Source of the DNA: Tubulanus polymorphus
Taxonomy: Eukaryota; Animalia; Nemertea
Direction: 5' to 3'
Length of the DNA stretch: 64,000 nt
Assembly: GCF_964204645.1 (NCBI RefSeq)
Contig: NC_134035.1
Coordinates: 2,852,001-2,916,000, forward strand
In this document: positions 36,980 through 56,268 of the stretch, one piece after another
How positions within the stretch are numbered: the first letter of the stretch is position 1
Layout: each line of letters begins with the position of its first letter
The notes under the pieces: model-generated
Seen by the model: the letters and a program-made list of their open reading frames with translations, nothing else
What the model was told of the DNA's origin: nothing
Databases searched by the model: none
Program-made: the position numbers and the translations under genes

Positions 36980-38061
36980 GTGAGTCAGAATTGATAGTCT
37001 ATCGGTTAATTGTTTACCGTGCCAAGTGGTTAACAACAGTCGATGAAGCTGTCGTCTGCAGTCGAAGGCAAAATCATAATTCAGTCAAATTCAAATTAGC
37101 AAGTTTTATTGATTCAATCGTTTTCATACACCGATAGTGTAATGGATCAATTAAATCACAATATCACCCGTGATAGCCTGACATATATAAAAAAATTGTT
37201 CAAAAATATTTATTATAAAATTGTTAGAAATAATAAAAAAGAAACTATTTCAGTCCTCATAAATTAATAAAATTTACTAGGCCTACTCCTTTCTAGATAG
37301 GCCAGTACTCTAATTCAATCCCTGTAACTTGACTATGTCACAGTGATTCCTGTCTCATTTTATATTTATATTTATATTTACTGTGTAGACTGAAGAATAG
37401 TGATAGGAACCACCCGAAAAACTTTTAACAATTCTAACAATAAGAATTTTTTATCTATCTGCAATTTTACTTGTTGATAGTGTTGTAAGTTTAAACGGCT
37501 GACTGCTCAGCGAGAGTGATCTAGTACTACCACTCTATGTGTGGTTAGGATAAGGGTGAACTGACTCTTGACTAATCTGTTTAGTGTTACATATTTCTGT
37601 TTGTTTGCACAAGTAGTAATTAGGTCACTAATGCCTGAGCATGTGTTACTGTTTCCAGGCCAGCACATGTTTCCACAGGGAAGTCACATGAATAATAGAA
37701 CTATATTTCCATATGATCGTTATATATTTGTTCGGCGGCACATGAGCAGAGCGAACAGTTTTTGACTGGATAGTGAGAAAGATTAATAGTGTCTTTCAGT
37801 TTCATTTTATGGTGTTTCCTGTGATAGTAGTAGGTAGGTGGAAAACTAGGATTAAAAGCAGGTCGAACTCTCCTGATAGGCCTACTTTTAGCGTAGTTGG
37901 TTTATCTATGAACCAATTAGTCGACGATCAAAATCAAGTTCAAATTTCATTGAAAATAAACTGACTTACGAATAGCCCGGTTATTTTTTGTGCCATCTGG
38001 TGTTGCTGGTATCCCATTGAAACCGTGGGAAAGAAGATGATTGAAATTTTTAAAGGTTTAA

Positions 38062-38349
38062 TCCTTTCAGTGCGTCTACACCGCAGTGCGGTGTATGAAT
38101 TGGTGATGGATTTTGCTAGTACACCGAACTGCAGTATATTGATGTAATTAGTAATTAGTTTATATCTCTATTGAAAGATGGCAGCACCTGTCATACATAG
38201 TGAAATATTAGTAACTAACGATACACTGCGCCGCGGTGTAGACGCACTATAGTGGTATTCCCGTTATTCAACACACTAGGGCGGAATTTTTCAAAATTTT
38301 CAAATTATCTCCAGCACTATAGGGTATTGATTAGTCAGCACTGAAATTG
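38062..38349. mobile_element. Second copy of the piggyBac-like MITE, in UAP1 intron 1
   Basis: Colinear with 34157-34445 and flanked by TTAA on both sides. A more decayed third copy lies at about 41740-41980. Confidence 0.88.
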
Positions 38350-38474
38350 TTAAACACCACTTTTAACTGAATTGAGTAAGTAAGAAGGAAGTCACCAGCA
38401 GGATGCGTTTAGCAGAGTTTATACTCGTATTCAAACTACGTATTTTTATTTTAGAGCGATTTTGTATATTTTAG

Positions 38475-45291
<6,817 letters not shown>

Positions 45292-46766
45292 GTTCAAGTG
45301 GAACAATAGGATGGTTTCTCCGATTTCTGTGAATCTTCAGTGCTATATATTTACGAACGACTCGCGTCTGCTGAGAGGCGCTATCGTCTGCCGCGGTTAA
45401 AGATAGATGAACGTCGACCTTCGAGGCTTTTAGTGGAAACGCTGCTGATTTTTCGACTGCATATTTATTTATTTTCAAACGATGTTCAAAGGCTGAGCAG
45501 CCGTTCGCGTATCCAACAAATAGTGTTTATAGAACGCGCAGGGTTCCGTACGTTTATGACGTATTAACTGATATATTCTCTACGTAGAAGATAATTGACG
45601 ATTCAACAATTTATGATATCTTTTTATCATTTTAGTGGTTTTTATTTTTGGTTCTCGGGCTTCCGCGAGACCCCTATTCTCGTACTGTCAGTCTGTGGGT
45701 CTGTGTTCTGTCTCAGAATTTGAGCCTGAGCCCGAGAACCGTTGTCGCCTTACGGCTCGTCAGTTTTAACATCTATCTGAAGATTTAGCTGAATCTCGAA
45801 ACCGTTAACGAAGGCCTCATCAATCGTGGAATCGTTCATTGTTTTCATTCAACGTTTATTTTTCTACTCATCTAGGAAAGTTTCGGGTCCAAATGCTTCA
45901 TGATTTTAAGATCTCGCTTTGTTGCTATAAAGAAGAAACAGAAATGTGCTGTTTTTTTTTTAGCCAGCTATAAATGATGAAACGACTATGTTTTTAACTA
46001 TTTTAGGGGTTTTGTCTGCATCACATGGTGTTGTTTGTTAGAAGCCACGATCACACAGATTATTTGGCCCGGGTTTTAAGTGGCGTGGACCAGACCAGTC
46101 CAGACCCGAGTCAAATTTGGCCGGTAACTTATTACATTGGAACCTCACTATAAACAACTCTGAAAGATTTATTGGTCACTATTAATCTAGAATTTCATCC
46201 CAAATGGAACAATTTTGATCATTTTGATAAGGAACTATCGTTTTTAATACTAACAGATTTTCTGGTCCACTGAAGTTCGTTGCAGCAAGGATCCACTGTT
46301 AGTGAGCGCATTCACACGTAAATCACTCTCTTGTTGCTAAAATGCTATCGAAATGATGCTGTGGCAAGTGAGGTGTGCCAAATGATTTGACCTGTGCTTA
46401 AATATGGCACTGACCAAATTTGTCGCGCGAGAAACAGGCAAAGACCCATTTGGCACCAGTGACCCAGTGTATACAGTTCACCTGGCCTTTTTTGGCCCTG
46501 GCCAAAAATGTTTGTGTGATCGCAGCGGTCTCCACAGTTTTGAGTTTAGTCTGGTAGAGTAAAAAGTGATAATGAAAATGAACTGAATATCGTTTAAACT
46601 CATAAACTGTTGAACTGAAGCCCCTTAAGCCCTACTTAACACTAACTACTTCAGAATTATTTCATTCAAACTTTATGAATATGGGTGGTTATACAGTAAT
46701 GGTAAACTTTATACATTATATTTCTAATACCAATCGCAAAGGTCATCTGTGAAAATTATTATGTTA

Positions 46767-46929
46767 GGGATCATTCATTTATTACGTACGCATTAGGGGA
46801 GGGGGAGGGGTCAGTGAAATCGCGTACTGTAATGCTTAATGTATATGAAAAAATGGACGATTTTGCGTACAGAGGGGGAGGGGGTTGAAAAAATCAAATT
46901 CTATTCGTACGTAATAAATGAATGATCCC
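46767..46929. mobile_element. 163-bp MITE with perfect 24-bp TIRs and TTA TSD (PIF/Harbinger-like)
   Basis: TTA|GGGATCATTCATTTATTACGTACG ... CGTACGTAATAAATGAATGATCCC|TTA. Confidence 0.92.
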
Positions 46930-47497
46930 TTAATTATAATATTGAAAAGATTGAAACACGATGTTAATAGACAGCAATTCGCAATTCGCAATTTACCTAA
47001 GATTAATTTATACATATATCAATAAATTGGGTATGGTCTATATATATATATATATAATACTATTGAGTCATTGTTTTTTTTTTGAATGGTTGTTTTTTCA
47101 CTTTATCGGCATTTATTTGTCCGCTGTTGTATATAGGCTCCAAAAATAGTTTGAAAAATCCTGTTATGGGCACGATTAATCTCCAAAATGAGGGGCATGT
47201 GTTCAATCATATTACCGTACTGATGTGCTCTGACAGGGCACAACTCTGTGACTATCGGCACGTTCAAATTGCCAAAAAAAATCCTAAAGGCACATTGTAT
47301 TGCCAAAAGGGCACGTTCTCTTTAACACCCGTATTGCTCGGGTTAGTTTTACTACCAACGGGTGGCGCTGTATGTAAATTTCACATAAATCAACGACTTT
47401 CGGCTATTAGCGGTACTTGAGACCACTTGAAAACATCATAGTCAATTACGGTAGTAGTGAAAATAAAAAGATACAGTACAAAGATACAGTACGGTGT

Positions 47498-47673
47498 TGT
47501 CAGAGACAGTCGACCTTAAGTCGACCCAGTTGAAGCGACCCTTGTCGATCTTTAGCACTGTAACATTTTCATGAGAACAATAAAGTCAGTTGTAGTATAG
47601 AATTCACAGCGTTAGGTTCTGTATTCGTGAAGCAGTCTATCACAGCTCCGGGTTTGGGCCCGTAAATCTCACA
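47498..47673 (+). repeat. 5' LTR
   Basis: TGTCAGAGACAG...AAATCTCACA; contains AATAAA; identical by eye to the 3' LTR. Confidence 0.96.
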
Positions 47674-47691
47674 TGGTGCCGTGACCAGGAT
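47674..47691 (+). promoter_or_regulatory. Primer binding site complementary to the tRNA-His 3' end
   Basis: TGGTGCCGTGACCAGGAT immediately after the 5' LTR; the tRNA-His complement is TGGTGCCGTGAC(T/C)CGGAT. Confidence 0.85.
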
Positions 47692-47702
47692 AACACAACG
47701 CA

Positions 47703-49163
47703 ATGGAAGACTTAGTTTCACTCAAAACGAAACGGACAACCCTTCAAGGGTTATTCGATGAGGAGTATTCGGCAATCAACAAGATTATGAAGAAAAAAAC
47801 GCATTCAACGGAGGAATTCTCCGAGCTCGAGGCGATAATGGAGGAAATGAGAGATACATACGAGACATGTCTGGATTTAAGCGACAAAATCGAAGCCCTC
47901 TCTATAAAAGAACCGGATTATGCTAACGAAATATCAACATCTAAAAAATCGCGAACTGAACAGAGGGTGACGCTGATGCGCATAAAAGCGTTCCTAGATT
48001 CGAACACAACGAAAACGGAATCAAACAACGATGATAGTAGACCAACAAAAAAAACAGCGCAATTACCGAAAATCAAGCTGCCGACATTCGATGGAACACC
48101 CACAAAATGGGCTTCGTTTTGGCAAACGATGGAAGCCGACGTCATGAACGGTGATTATTGCGACATCACAAAATTTAATTACATCACCGGACAACTTCGT
48201 TGAACAGCGGCAGATGCCATGGTTGGAATCCACGCATCAGGAGAGAATTTGTCAACAATCGTATCAATTTTAAAGGACAGATTCGGACAACCGAGAAAAG
48301 TAATTCGCGCCCACGTCAACGAAATTTTGGACCTCACCCCACCAGCCAACAATTATATGGCCTTGAACCAATTTCTATTTACCGTGAAGGGACACATTCG
48401 ATCTCTCGAGAATTTGGGAGTAGATAGTGCAGAATGTTCGGCGTTACTTGTACCAATTTTGGAACGGAAAATTCCTAAGCCAATCCTAGATCGTATGGGG
48501 ACCTGTGACCAAACGACAAAATTCAACATCGAAAAATTCATGAATGCGTTCACGGAGGAATTAGATAATATGGGTGAGAGAGGCAATCAGGAACAGAACC
48601 AAAACCACAGAATACACCAACAATCAAATATCAGACCAAGAACCGGGACCGCGGCGGGGCTGGTAGCCTTTACACGGGATACCAGTTGTAGAATCTGTTC
48701 AGGGAACCACAAGACATGGGAATGTCTCTATCCCCGGCGGAAAGAGGCAAGAGGGTTAGTGAAGAACAAAAATGCTTCAATTGCTTAGGAAATAACCATC
48801 GTAAAACGGAATGTCGTAATACGAAATCATGTCGAGAATGCAAACGAAGGCATCATACCAGTCTGCACGAATACTTTCGTTCGTTGGACAATAACAGAGG
48901 AGAAAATCAGAATCAGAATCGCTATCAAACGAAACAGCAAATGTTAACCATATCTGAAAGGAGCGTGCCAGTTGTGCTTGTACACAACGTGTACAGTTGT
49001 GTCAATCGGAGTCAAACTCGACGAGCCAAACGATGCGATAGGAAAAGCGCGGGACACGGAAGCTGGCACCAGGCCGAAGAAATTACCACGACGAGCTGCA
49101 GAAAAAGCGCGGGAAAAAATTCGAAACCAGATTCAAGCCCGGGATTCCGACGATGAAGACTAA
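47703..49163 (+). pseudogene. Disrupted BEL/Pao gag (DUF1759-like region, three Cys/His knuckles) fused to the extreme C-terminus of pol
   Basis: LPKIKLPTFDG.PTKWASFW motif. In-frame TGA at 48201-48203 and a frameshift near 48727. Knuckles CRICSGNHKTWEC, CFNCLGNNHRKTEC and CRECKRRHHTSLH. Tail TRPKKLPRRAAEKAREKI resembles BEL integrase C-termini. No protease, RT, RNase H or integrase core. Confidence 0.9.
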
Positions 49164-49534
49164 TGATGTTCGAATCCACAAAGGGTTATGGCTTAAGACC
49201 AGTTCCTTCGGGGACCGAGCTTAAGAAAAGGGCAGTAAGACGTCCTTTTCCCTGAACCATAGTCTGGGGTCACGAAGTTGAGCGGTCGTGAGCAACCTCA
49301 AGCTTCCCCGATCGGGGTTACGATCATTGGTGGCAGATGTAGATCACGTAGTTTAGTTGCCGTTAAGCATTGACATGCCGTCTCTGCATTATAACGGGGA
49401 TACCTCGACGGTTCCTCGAATGGAAAGCCAGTAGCCATAGTTTATCACGATGGAGAGGGAAGAAGATGTCTGCACAACACATCAAGATATATTTAAAAAT
49501 TGCAAATCAAAGATTTTACATTGGCCGCGGGGAG

Positions 49535-49710
49535 TGTCAGAGACAGTCGACCTTAAGTCGACCCAGTTGAAGCGACCCTTGTCGATCTTTAGCACTGTAA
49601 CATTTTCATGAGAACAATAAAGTCAGTTGTAGTATAGAATTCACAGCGTTAGGTTCTGTATTCGTGAAGCAGTCTATCACAGCTCCGGGTTTGGGCCCGT
49701 AAATCTCACA
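49535..49710 (+). repeat. 3' LTR
   Basis: Direct repeat of 47498-47673, followed by the GGTGT TSD. Confidence 0.96.
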
Positions 49711-51100
49711 GGTGTACAGTTAAGGACATGATTCCATAGCACCCATACTAGAGACATTTTATTCAGACAAGGACTATTAGTTAAACATAATCTTCATGAC
49801 ATTTTCAGCAATTAATGATCTGTTGAATTAATTAGTAATTCAGTCTTTCGGTGGTTCGAGATAAAATGCCCGCAAAATAAGAACCTAACGAACCAGGGCT
49901 GATCACAAATTGCCCACCAGATAAATTTTCGAAACGACACAATCCAATCATGTTTGGTATCAAATAACTCGTGGCTCGGACCATGGTCAATTAACCACTG
50001 CATGACCAGTACCATATATAGTAAATTATTTGTTTTGCAAACAATTAAGTTGTTTGGTGTCAAATAACTAGAAATGATGAGGGCATTAATCTAAAAATTG
50101 TTTAACTGACCAATACTTGACCAGTACTGACCAGTTATCAGTGCTAACCATAACCCCCCATAAGTAATTTATATGTTTAGTAAAGCCATAAAATCGTGTT
50201 TGGGCGTCGAGCGACTAAATATGGCGCGGGCTATGATCTAACAACTATTTAACTGACCAATTTTTTTACCAATACTGACCTTTAAGTAATGTGTGTATTT
50301 TAGAAGCAACACAGTCGTGTTTGGTGTCTAATAATTAGATATTGTTTGGGCTTTCATCTAACAACACTATTCCAACTGACCAAATCTTGACCAATACTGA
50401 CCACATAGCTATATTTATCTGTTTCAGAAACAACTTAGTCGTGTCTGGTATCAAATGATTTCATTTGGCCTGAACGTAAATATAACATCTCTTTTACATG
50501 TATAAGCTACACAAGTACTCTCTAATTACCGGTTAAATGTTTTTAGAAATGACACGGGGTTTTGCCTGAACCCTTCGTTAGTCCTACTAGCTCTTATATT
50601 TAAATTTGTCGCTTGAAAAGTCTTGTCAGATTTTTATAGTAGGTAGCGAGCTAACTTTGGAATTTCCTACTAAAGTCTATCCCAGTGGTTATGATCGCGG
50701 TGCATCAAACAGTTCATATCATCGCAGATCTGGAACCCTGTGGTTTCTATGTGCTCAACCCTACAAGTAACTGAGGTCAGGCAACTACTACATTCAAGAG
50801 TGAATAATACTAAAGTTTTCCCATCCTGGTCATTCACTTCTCTTTATTCCTCTAGATTTGGTTTTTTCTTGTATATTCTCAAAAGTGCTGCCAAATAGCA
50901 GTGAAAACGTGTGGACTCCAGTCAGGTCCAGGCTTCTACTTATCAGAAATTATTGAAACATGAAACATGAAGCTAGGTCAATAAGCAATTTCTTTTTATG
51001 AATGACTTTAAGAAAACTGGAAAAAGAGAAACATCTGTACCGGTATCGTACCGGTACATTTTTTTGCCATTATGAGAATGCCGGTTTGCTAGCGTATCTA

Positions 51101-52227
51101 TTTAACACCCGTATTGCTCGGGTTAGTTTTACTACCAACGGGTGGCGCTGTATGTAAATTTCACATAAATCAACGACTTTCGGCTATTAGCGGTACTTAA
51201 GACCACTTGAAAACATCATAGTCAATTACACGGTAGTTGTGAAAATAAAAAGTTACAGTTCGGTGTACAGCACCATAGCACCCATATAATACCACATACA
51301 TTTTATTCAGACTAAGGACTTAGTTAAACATAATCTTCATGACATTTTCAGCAATTAATGATCTGTTGAATTAATTAGTAATTCAGTCTTTCGGTGGTTC
51401 GAGATAAAATGCCCGCAAAATAAGAACCTAACGAACCAGGGCTGACCACAAATTGCCCACCAGATAAATTTTCGAAACGACACAATCCAATCATGTTTGG
51501 TATCAAATAACTCGTGGCTCGGACCATGGTCTATTAACTGACCACTGCATGACCAGTACCATATATAGTAAATTATTTGTTTAGCAAACAATTAAGTTGT
51601 TTGGTGTCAAATAACTAGAAATGATGTGGGCATTAATCTAAAAATTGTTTAACTGACCAATACTTGACCAGTACTGACCAGTTATCAGTGCAAACCATAA
51701 CCCCCCATAAGTAATTTATATGTTTAGTAAAGCCATAAAATCGTGTTTGGGCGTCGAGCGACTAAATATGGCGCGGGCTATGATCTAACAACTATTTAAC
51801 TGACCAATTTTTTTTACCAATACTGACTAATACTTTAAGTAATTTGTCTATTTTAGAAGCAACACAGTCGTGTTTGGTGTCTAATAATTAGATATTGTGT
51901 GGGCTTTCATCTAACAACACTATTCCAACTGACCAAATCTTGACCAATACTGACCACATAGCTATATTTATCTGTTTCAGAAACAACTTAGTCGTGTCTG
52001 GTATCAAATGATTTCATTTGGCCTGAACGTAAATATAACATCTCTTTTACATGTATAAGCTACACAAGTACTCTCTAATTACCGGTTAAATGTTTTTAGA
52101 AATGACACGGGGTTTTGCCTGAACCCTTCGTTAGTACTACTAGCTCTTATATTTAAATTTGTCGCTTGAAAAGTCTTGTCAGATTTTTATAGTAGGTAGC
52201 GAGCTAACTTTGGAATTTCCTACTAAA
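51101..52227. repeat. Copy 2 of the ~1.13-kb duplicated sequence (uninterrupted; probable non-autonomous transposon)
   Basis: Colinear with copy 1; single GGTGT at about 51262 where copy 1 carries the LTR element; internal CTGACCAA(T/G)AC repeats. Confidence 0.93.
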
Positions 52228-53649
52228 TGCAAAATATTTATCTCGTGGGGTTTTGAACGAACAATGTTTCGATTTGTAATTGTAACGTGCGCATTTGAGC
52301 CTGTAACGTGCACATTTCACTCGCGTGAACGTGCGTATCGGTACCATTATGCGAGACTTGTTCAAACTGAACATTAAAGAAGATATTATATCATATCATA
52401 TATATGAATATAGAAGGAATGATAATGTAGTAGTTTCGTAGCTGCTGTCCACTGACCACAGATCAAAGTTAATCGCCTGATATGAAGTATATATTGTTAT
52501 AGGGATGTAGTAGTTCAGCGAGAATTCAAACTTATGGGTAATTCTGAGTGATCACTCAAAATTACCCATAAGTTTACGCTGACCAATAGAGAAAGCTGTA
52601 AGGCCTAAGAAAAGATGCATTAAGTATAACGTATCTTTCAATATAATGAAGAAGTATTCAATTGGCCATCTGATCACAACAATAGTGTGACTTGTCTTAT
52701 TGAAGCAATTGTAAAATACCGGAGAGTAAATTGGAGAACCCTGAATTCAAAACAATTCCACACTCAATCGTTTACTTTGAAAACACAATTTACAATTAGT
52801 GGACATGCATTTTTTCTGCACGAAAAGCATGAAGTATATTATATTTGCTTGTAAAAATTTGAAGTTTTCGGGGAAGATTTTTGGCCTAACCCTGTGAACA
52901 CGTCCTTGATATATTTTCTTCATATAAGACCGACCCTTGAAATAATGCTGAGAGTTTCGAGGAAAATTGTGGTAGGATGTAAACTTAGGCCGCTTCGTAT
53001 CCGTGGAAGGTTGCTAATTATTGATTCTATACACAATAATCATAAGTACGTAACATGAGACTCGATAGAATATCGTTTTTCAATCATACGTACGCGAATT
53101 ATCGCGTTATAAAGATAAATGGCACTTTAATATACTTGTTAAGTCTTATAATGTATATTTCTTTAGTAGTACAAATCAAGAGTGGATCTGCAGGCCACCT
53201 GAGACTATTCCACGATCTAAGGTCAGTTGCCAAAAGTTAGTAAGTTTACCAGTGGATAGTTAACATTAATAATGACGATTAAAACTTCATTGCTAAAATA
53301 ACTTTCTACTTGTAGAATAGTCACACTCAAATGCGGAGAATCGATAATACGATAATACGATACGAAAACTCACTGTGTACAAACAAATTCAAAAAGATGA
53401 TCTCTAGTGAGAAATTGAACGTTGTGTCGTAATGTTCTAATGATAAAACTTGGTTTGAAATTTGAAATGTGTACATAGTGGATCTTTTACATATTAACAG
53501 TGTATTTGGCCATGTATCATATTGTATAATGGTTAATCTAAACTAACTGGTCCCAGAGTTGTATCCTTAATTCCTGTAATAGAGGATGCAATCTTTTTGT
53601 GGCAAACAGTACAAATACCTAGAAAAAGCAACGATAGTGCATTGGCAAA

Positions 53650-54420
53650 CTTAAAGCAAGCGTACATTGGTTTGTTTAGGTTTTTCGTTGGGAAAATTAA
53701 TGTTTAATCATTATTGAAATATCCGAGGCGAGCTTTTCCAGGAATTTACAAAGTTGAGCTTTACACAAGGAATGCTTTTGTAGTCCGATATCCGTGATTA
53801 CCTCTGGCGTGGAGAGATACAATCTAAAACGTAGTCAAATATTTTACCACAATTTTCTATGATTAGTAAAAAGATTGAGTACCGGTAATAGACATAAACA
53901 TGCAAACAGTAATATCTGAATTCCACTCCATTTCAAACTCATTCATCTTTACACAAACTCCAACTTGTTGAACCGTTCAAAATCGCGTGGCTTGAATTAT
54001 TGCGATAGCTAAAATTAGGGACCACGATACTTGCTCATCTACACTGGCTACCAATTTAACAAAGGATTGAATTTGTGTGTTTGATGTTGTTACAATACCA
54101 TACTGAATTATGGATTCAGTTTCTACTTTTTGATTGAACATTTATATCACATATTGGGCATCATTTTTACCAGTATATATGGAATAACTTATCCATATAT
54201 CATTTTTGATTTTATATAATCTGACTTTTGAGATGTCATTCAATCAATGCATTCATATGCGGTCGTCGCTTTCAATAGCCACCACGGACTGGCTCCTTAA
54301 TATCTCCTTAGCGTTACCTTGGCGGACGATCTCATACGTTTCTTGCCCCAGCCCTAGAATGCTCAATTATAGTCGATATGAACACTCGATTTGAATTCAA
54401 ATTCTTAAAGACTCCTAAAA
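53650..54420 (-). mobile_element. Possible highly decayed CR1/L2-type LINE ORF2 C-terminal relic
   Basis: Broken minus-strand peptides ARGNHGYRT, VNSWKSSP and SIIQYGIV resemble the CR1/L2 C-terminal motifs TRGH, VNxWNSLP and LEYG. Many stops. Confidence 0.25.
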
Positions 54421-55562
54421 ACACACCTGTTAATTCGATTACTCAAAAGCGCCTTTGAACATTTATATACAAGAACCAGTGAAATTGGCGCTTTATCAGT
54501 TGTATTCATCATTCGAACCCACAATTCTCCTTATCCTATGAATGTGGAGACCCATCCTCGTTAAGAGAATGAATATATAGGCTCTGTCATTTGATAAGAG
54601 GCTACGCGTCATCTTTAATTGAAATCATGTGATTTCAATTAAAGATGACCCGTGGCCTCATATCATTACGTTATGTTTTTTTAAAGGCTGGGCGAGAATA
54701 TGTTCTTATGTTTTTGTTTCTGTGAATGTTGCTATTTAAGAGTTCAATAATTTCAGTCTACCAAACAAAGGGTTTTTCTTTATGTTTCGTGTCCTGTTTT
54801 TCCATAACCCTATCGCATTTTAGGTATCTTTTCGCGGATGACCAAAAGTTGCTGTCCCTTTCTAGTAATTTGATGATATATGTCGAATTTAAATTTTAAA
54901 AAGGAATCAGGCATATCTCCTTGTTTGACTAAGTATGAACTCAACTTTAAGGGGCACTCCCTTAAAAGGCACCGAAGTGAAATCATGTGTCGAGTGGAGA
55001 TGACAGAATTTCTTCAAAATCGGCGGAGAAAATTGAGTATTTTGAAAATAATAATTTTACATGTATGCAAATCCGTTATATCTCTCTAGAAATAACAATA
55101 CGACGACAAGCACTTTCGAATCCGACCACGATATTCGAGAAGTTTCACTAGGGCAGTGGTGGTCAGTGATGGTCATTTATGAATTTTCAATGGCGAATCC
55201 TTTCTAGTTTGACACCGTAACACGCGGTGAGCGTATTATTATGAAATCTTTTTTTTTTAAACCACGGTACCACGAAGTAATAAGCATCGTTTAAGCACTT
55301 GAAACAGCCATTAACCACTTGAAACTGTCAGATCAAACATCATACCGCATCCCCGCAAAGAGGGGTAGTTCAGCAAACCGGAGTTTTCATCGGTCTTTCT
55401 AGACTACCCGGAAAACTCATAATGGCCGGGAATCGGGGCGGGGTTAGGTTTAGAGATAGAGGTTAGGGGACCAAACCGAAGGTTTGGAGACCCCACTAGT
55501 GCACGGGCAGCGGGTTATCCCTGTAAAAAAGTAGTAAGAGTTAATTGTTGTAGTGAGGCGGT

Positions 55563-56268
55563 CTACGGGACGTTCATGCCTCGGGGCGTGTTCGTGTCGA
55601 GTCGTCGTATCCAGTGTTGTTCGGCTGCTTCGCGGATCGGTCTCGTGGAGCCTGGTAGGTGTTGGAGACCGTACACCCGAAAGTGTTCGCGGGTGTGGTC
55701 GACTTGGTTGAAGTGGTCCGAGACTGGAGTCGAATTCTTCGTTCTGATGCGTGAGACGTGATGAGTGACGCGTTCTCGTAGAGACATTCCGGTTTGGCCG
55801 ACGTACAGCATGTTGCACTTGGTCTCGGTGTTCTGCATTTCTTGGTGCCTCGACGTCGGGTTGACGGAGTTCTTTGAGTAGACCTGGGAATAGAAGAATT
55901 GGAACCAACGGAAGTATTTCTGTTACGATGCGGTGAAGAGGGGACTCGGGGAGGGGGTGGCTCCGTGGGTTTGAGCTGCGACGAAGTTAGGAGATCTTTG
56001 AGACTCTTGTGCTTGGTGTAGGCGGTGACCGTGGTTACCTCGTCCGACCGGCCGGTGGCCGTAGCCAGTTCCGTAAATCTGGTTCGGATGTTACGGGCTA
56101 GGGTTCGGTTGGCTTCGGAGTGTGGTAAGATAAGCGGTAAACGCTTTTTCGGCGGTTCGTTGGCCCGTTGTTGTTCTCGTAGATCTCGTTCGGCGTGGTG
56201 CCGTAGAGCTTGGCTTTTGATGTGTCGCAGTTCGCGGTCTTTGTAGCCACGACCTCTGAGTACTTTAA
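55563..56268 (-). mobile_element. 5'-truncated, internally deleted Penelope-like retroelement (RT C-terminal/linker plus GIY-YIG endonuclease)
   Basis: Minus-strand peptides KVLRGRGY...LPLILPHS...TAYTKHKSLKDLL, then GTKKCRTPR, then CNMLYVGQTGMSLRERVTHH...PVSDHFN...REAAEQHWIRRLDTNTPRGMN*. Frameshifts lie between segments and the first (IY) half of the GIY-YIG motif is missing. Confidence 0.9.

Larger units (their letters stand above)
47498..49710 (+). mobile_element. Non-autonomous BEL/Pao LTR retrotransposon (2213 bp), pol deleted
   Basis: 176-bp TGT...ACA LTRs (47498-47673 and 49535-49710), GGTGT 5-bp TSD, PBS, PPT-like GGCCGCGGGGAG (49523-49534) and a BEL-type gag. Confidence 0.96.
47321..50674. 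repeat. Copy 1 of a ~1.13-kb duplicated sequence, interrupted by the BEL/Pao element (47321-47497 plus 49716-50674)
   Basis: Near-identical to 51101-52227 from TTTAACACCCGTATTGCTCGGG to GGAATTTCCTACTAAA. Confidence 0.93.

Noticed and set aside
48201-48203. Programmed readthrough or selenocysteine at the gag TGA
   Set aside because: It falls at a normally conserved Gly (L.G.A motif) in mid-gag, and a separate frameshift follows; a simple nonsense mutation is more parsimonious.
55450-55908. 152-aa minus-strand ORF
   Set aside because: Out-of-frame reading over the Penelope GIY-YIG domain (the real frame is 55563-55838).
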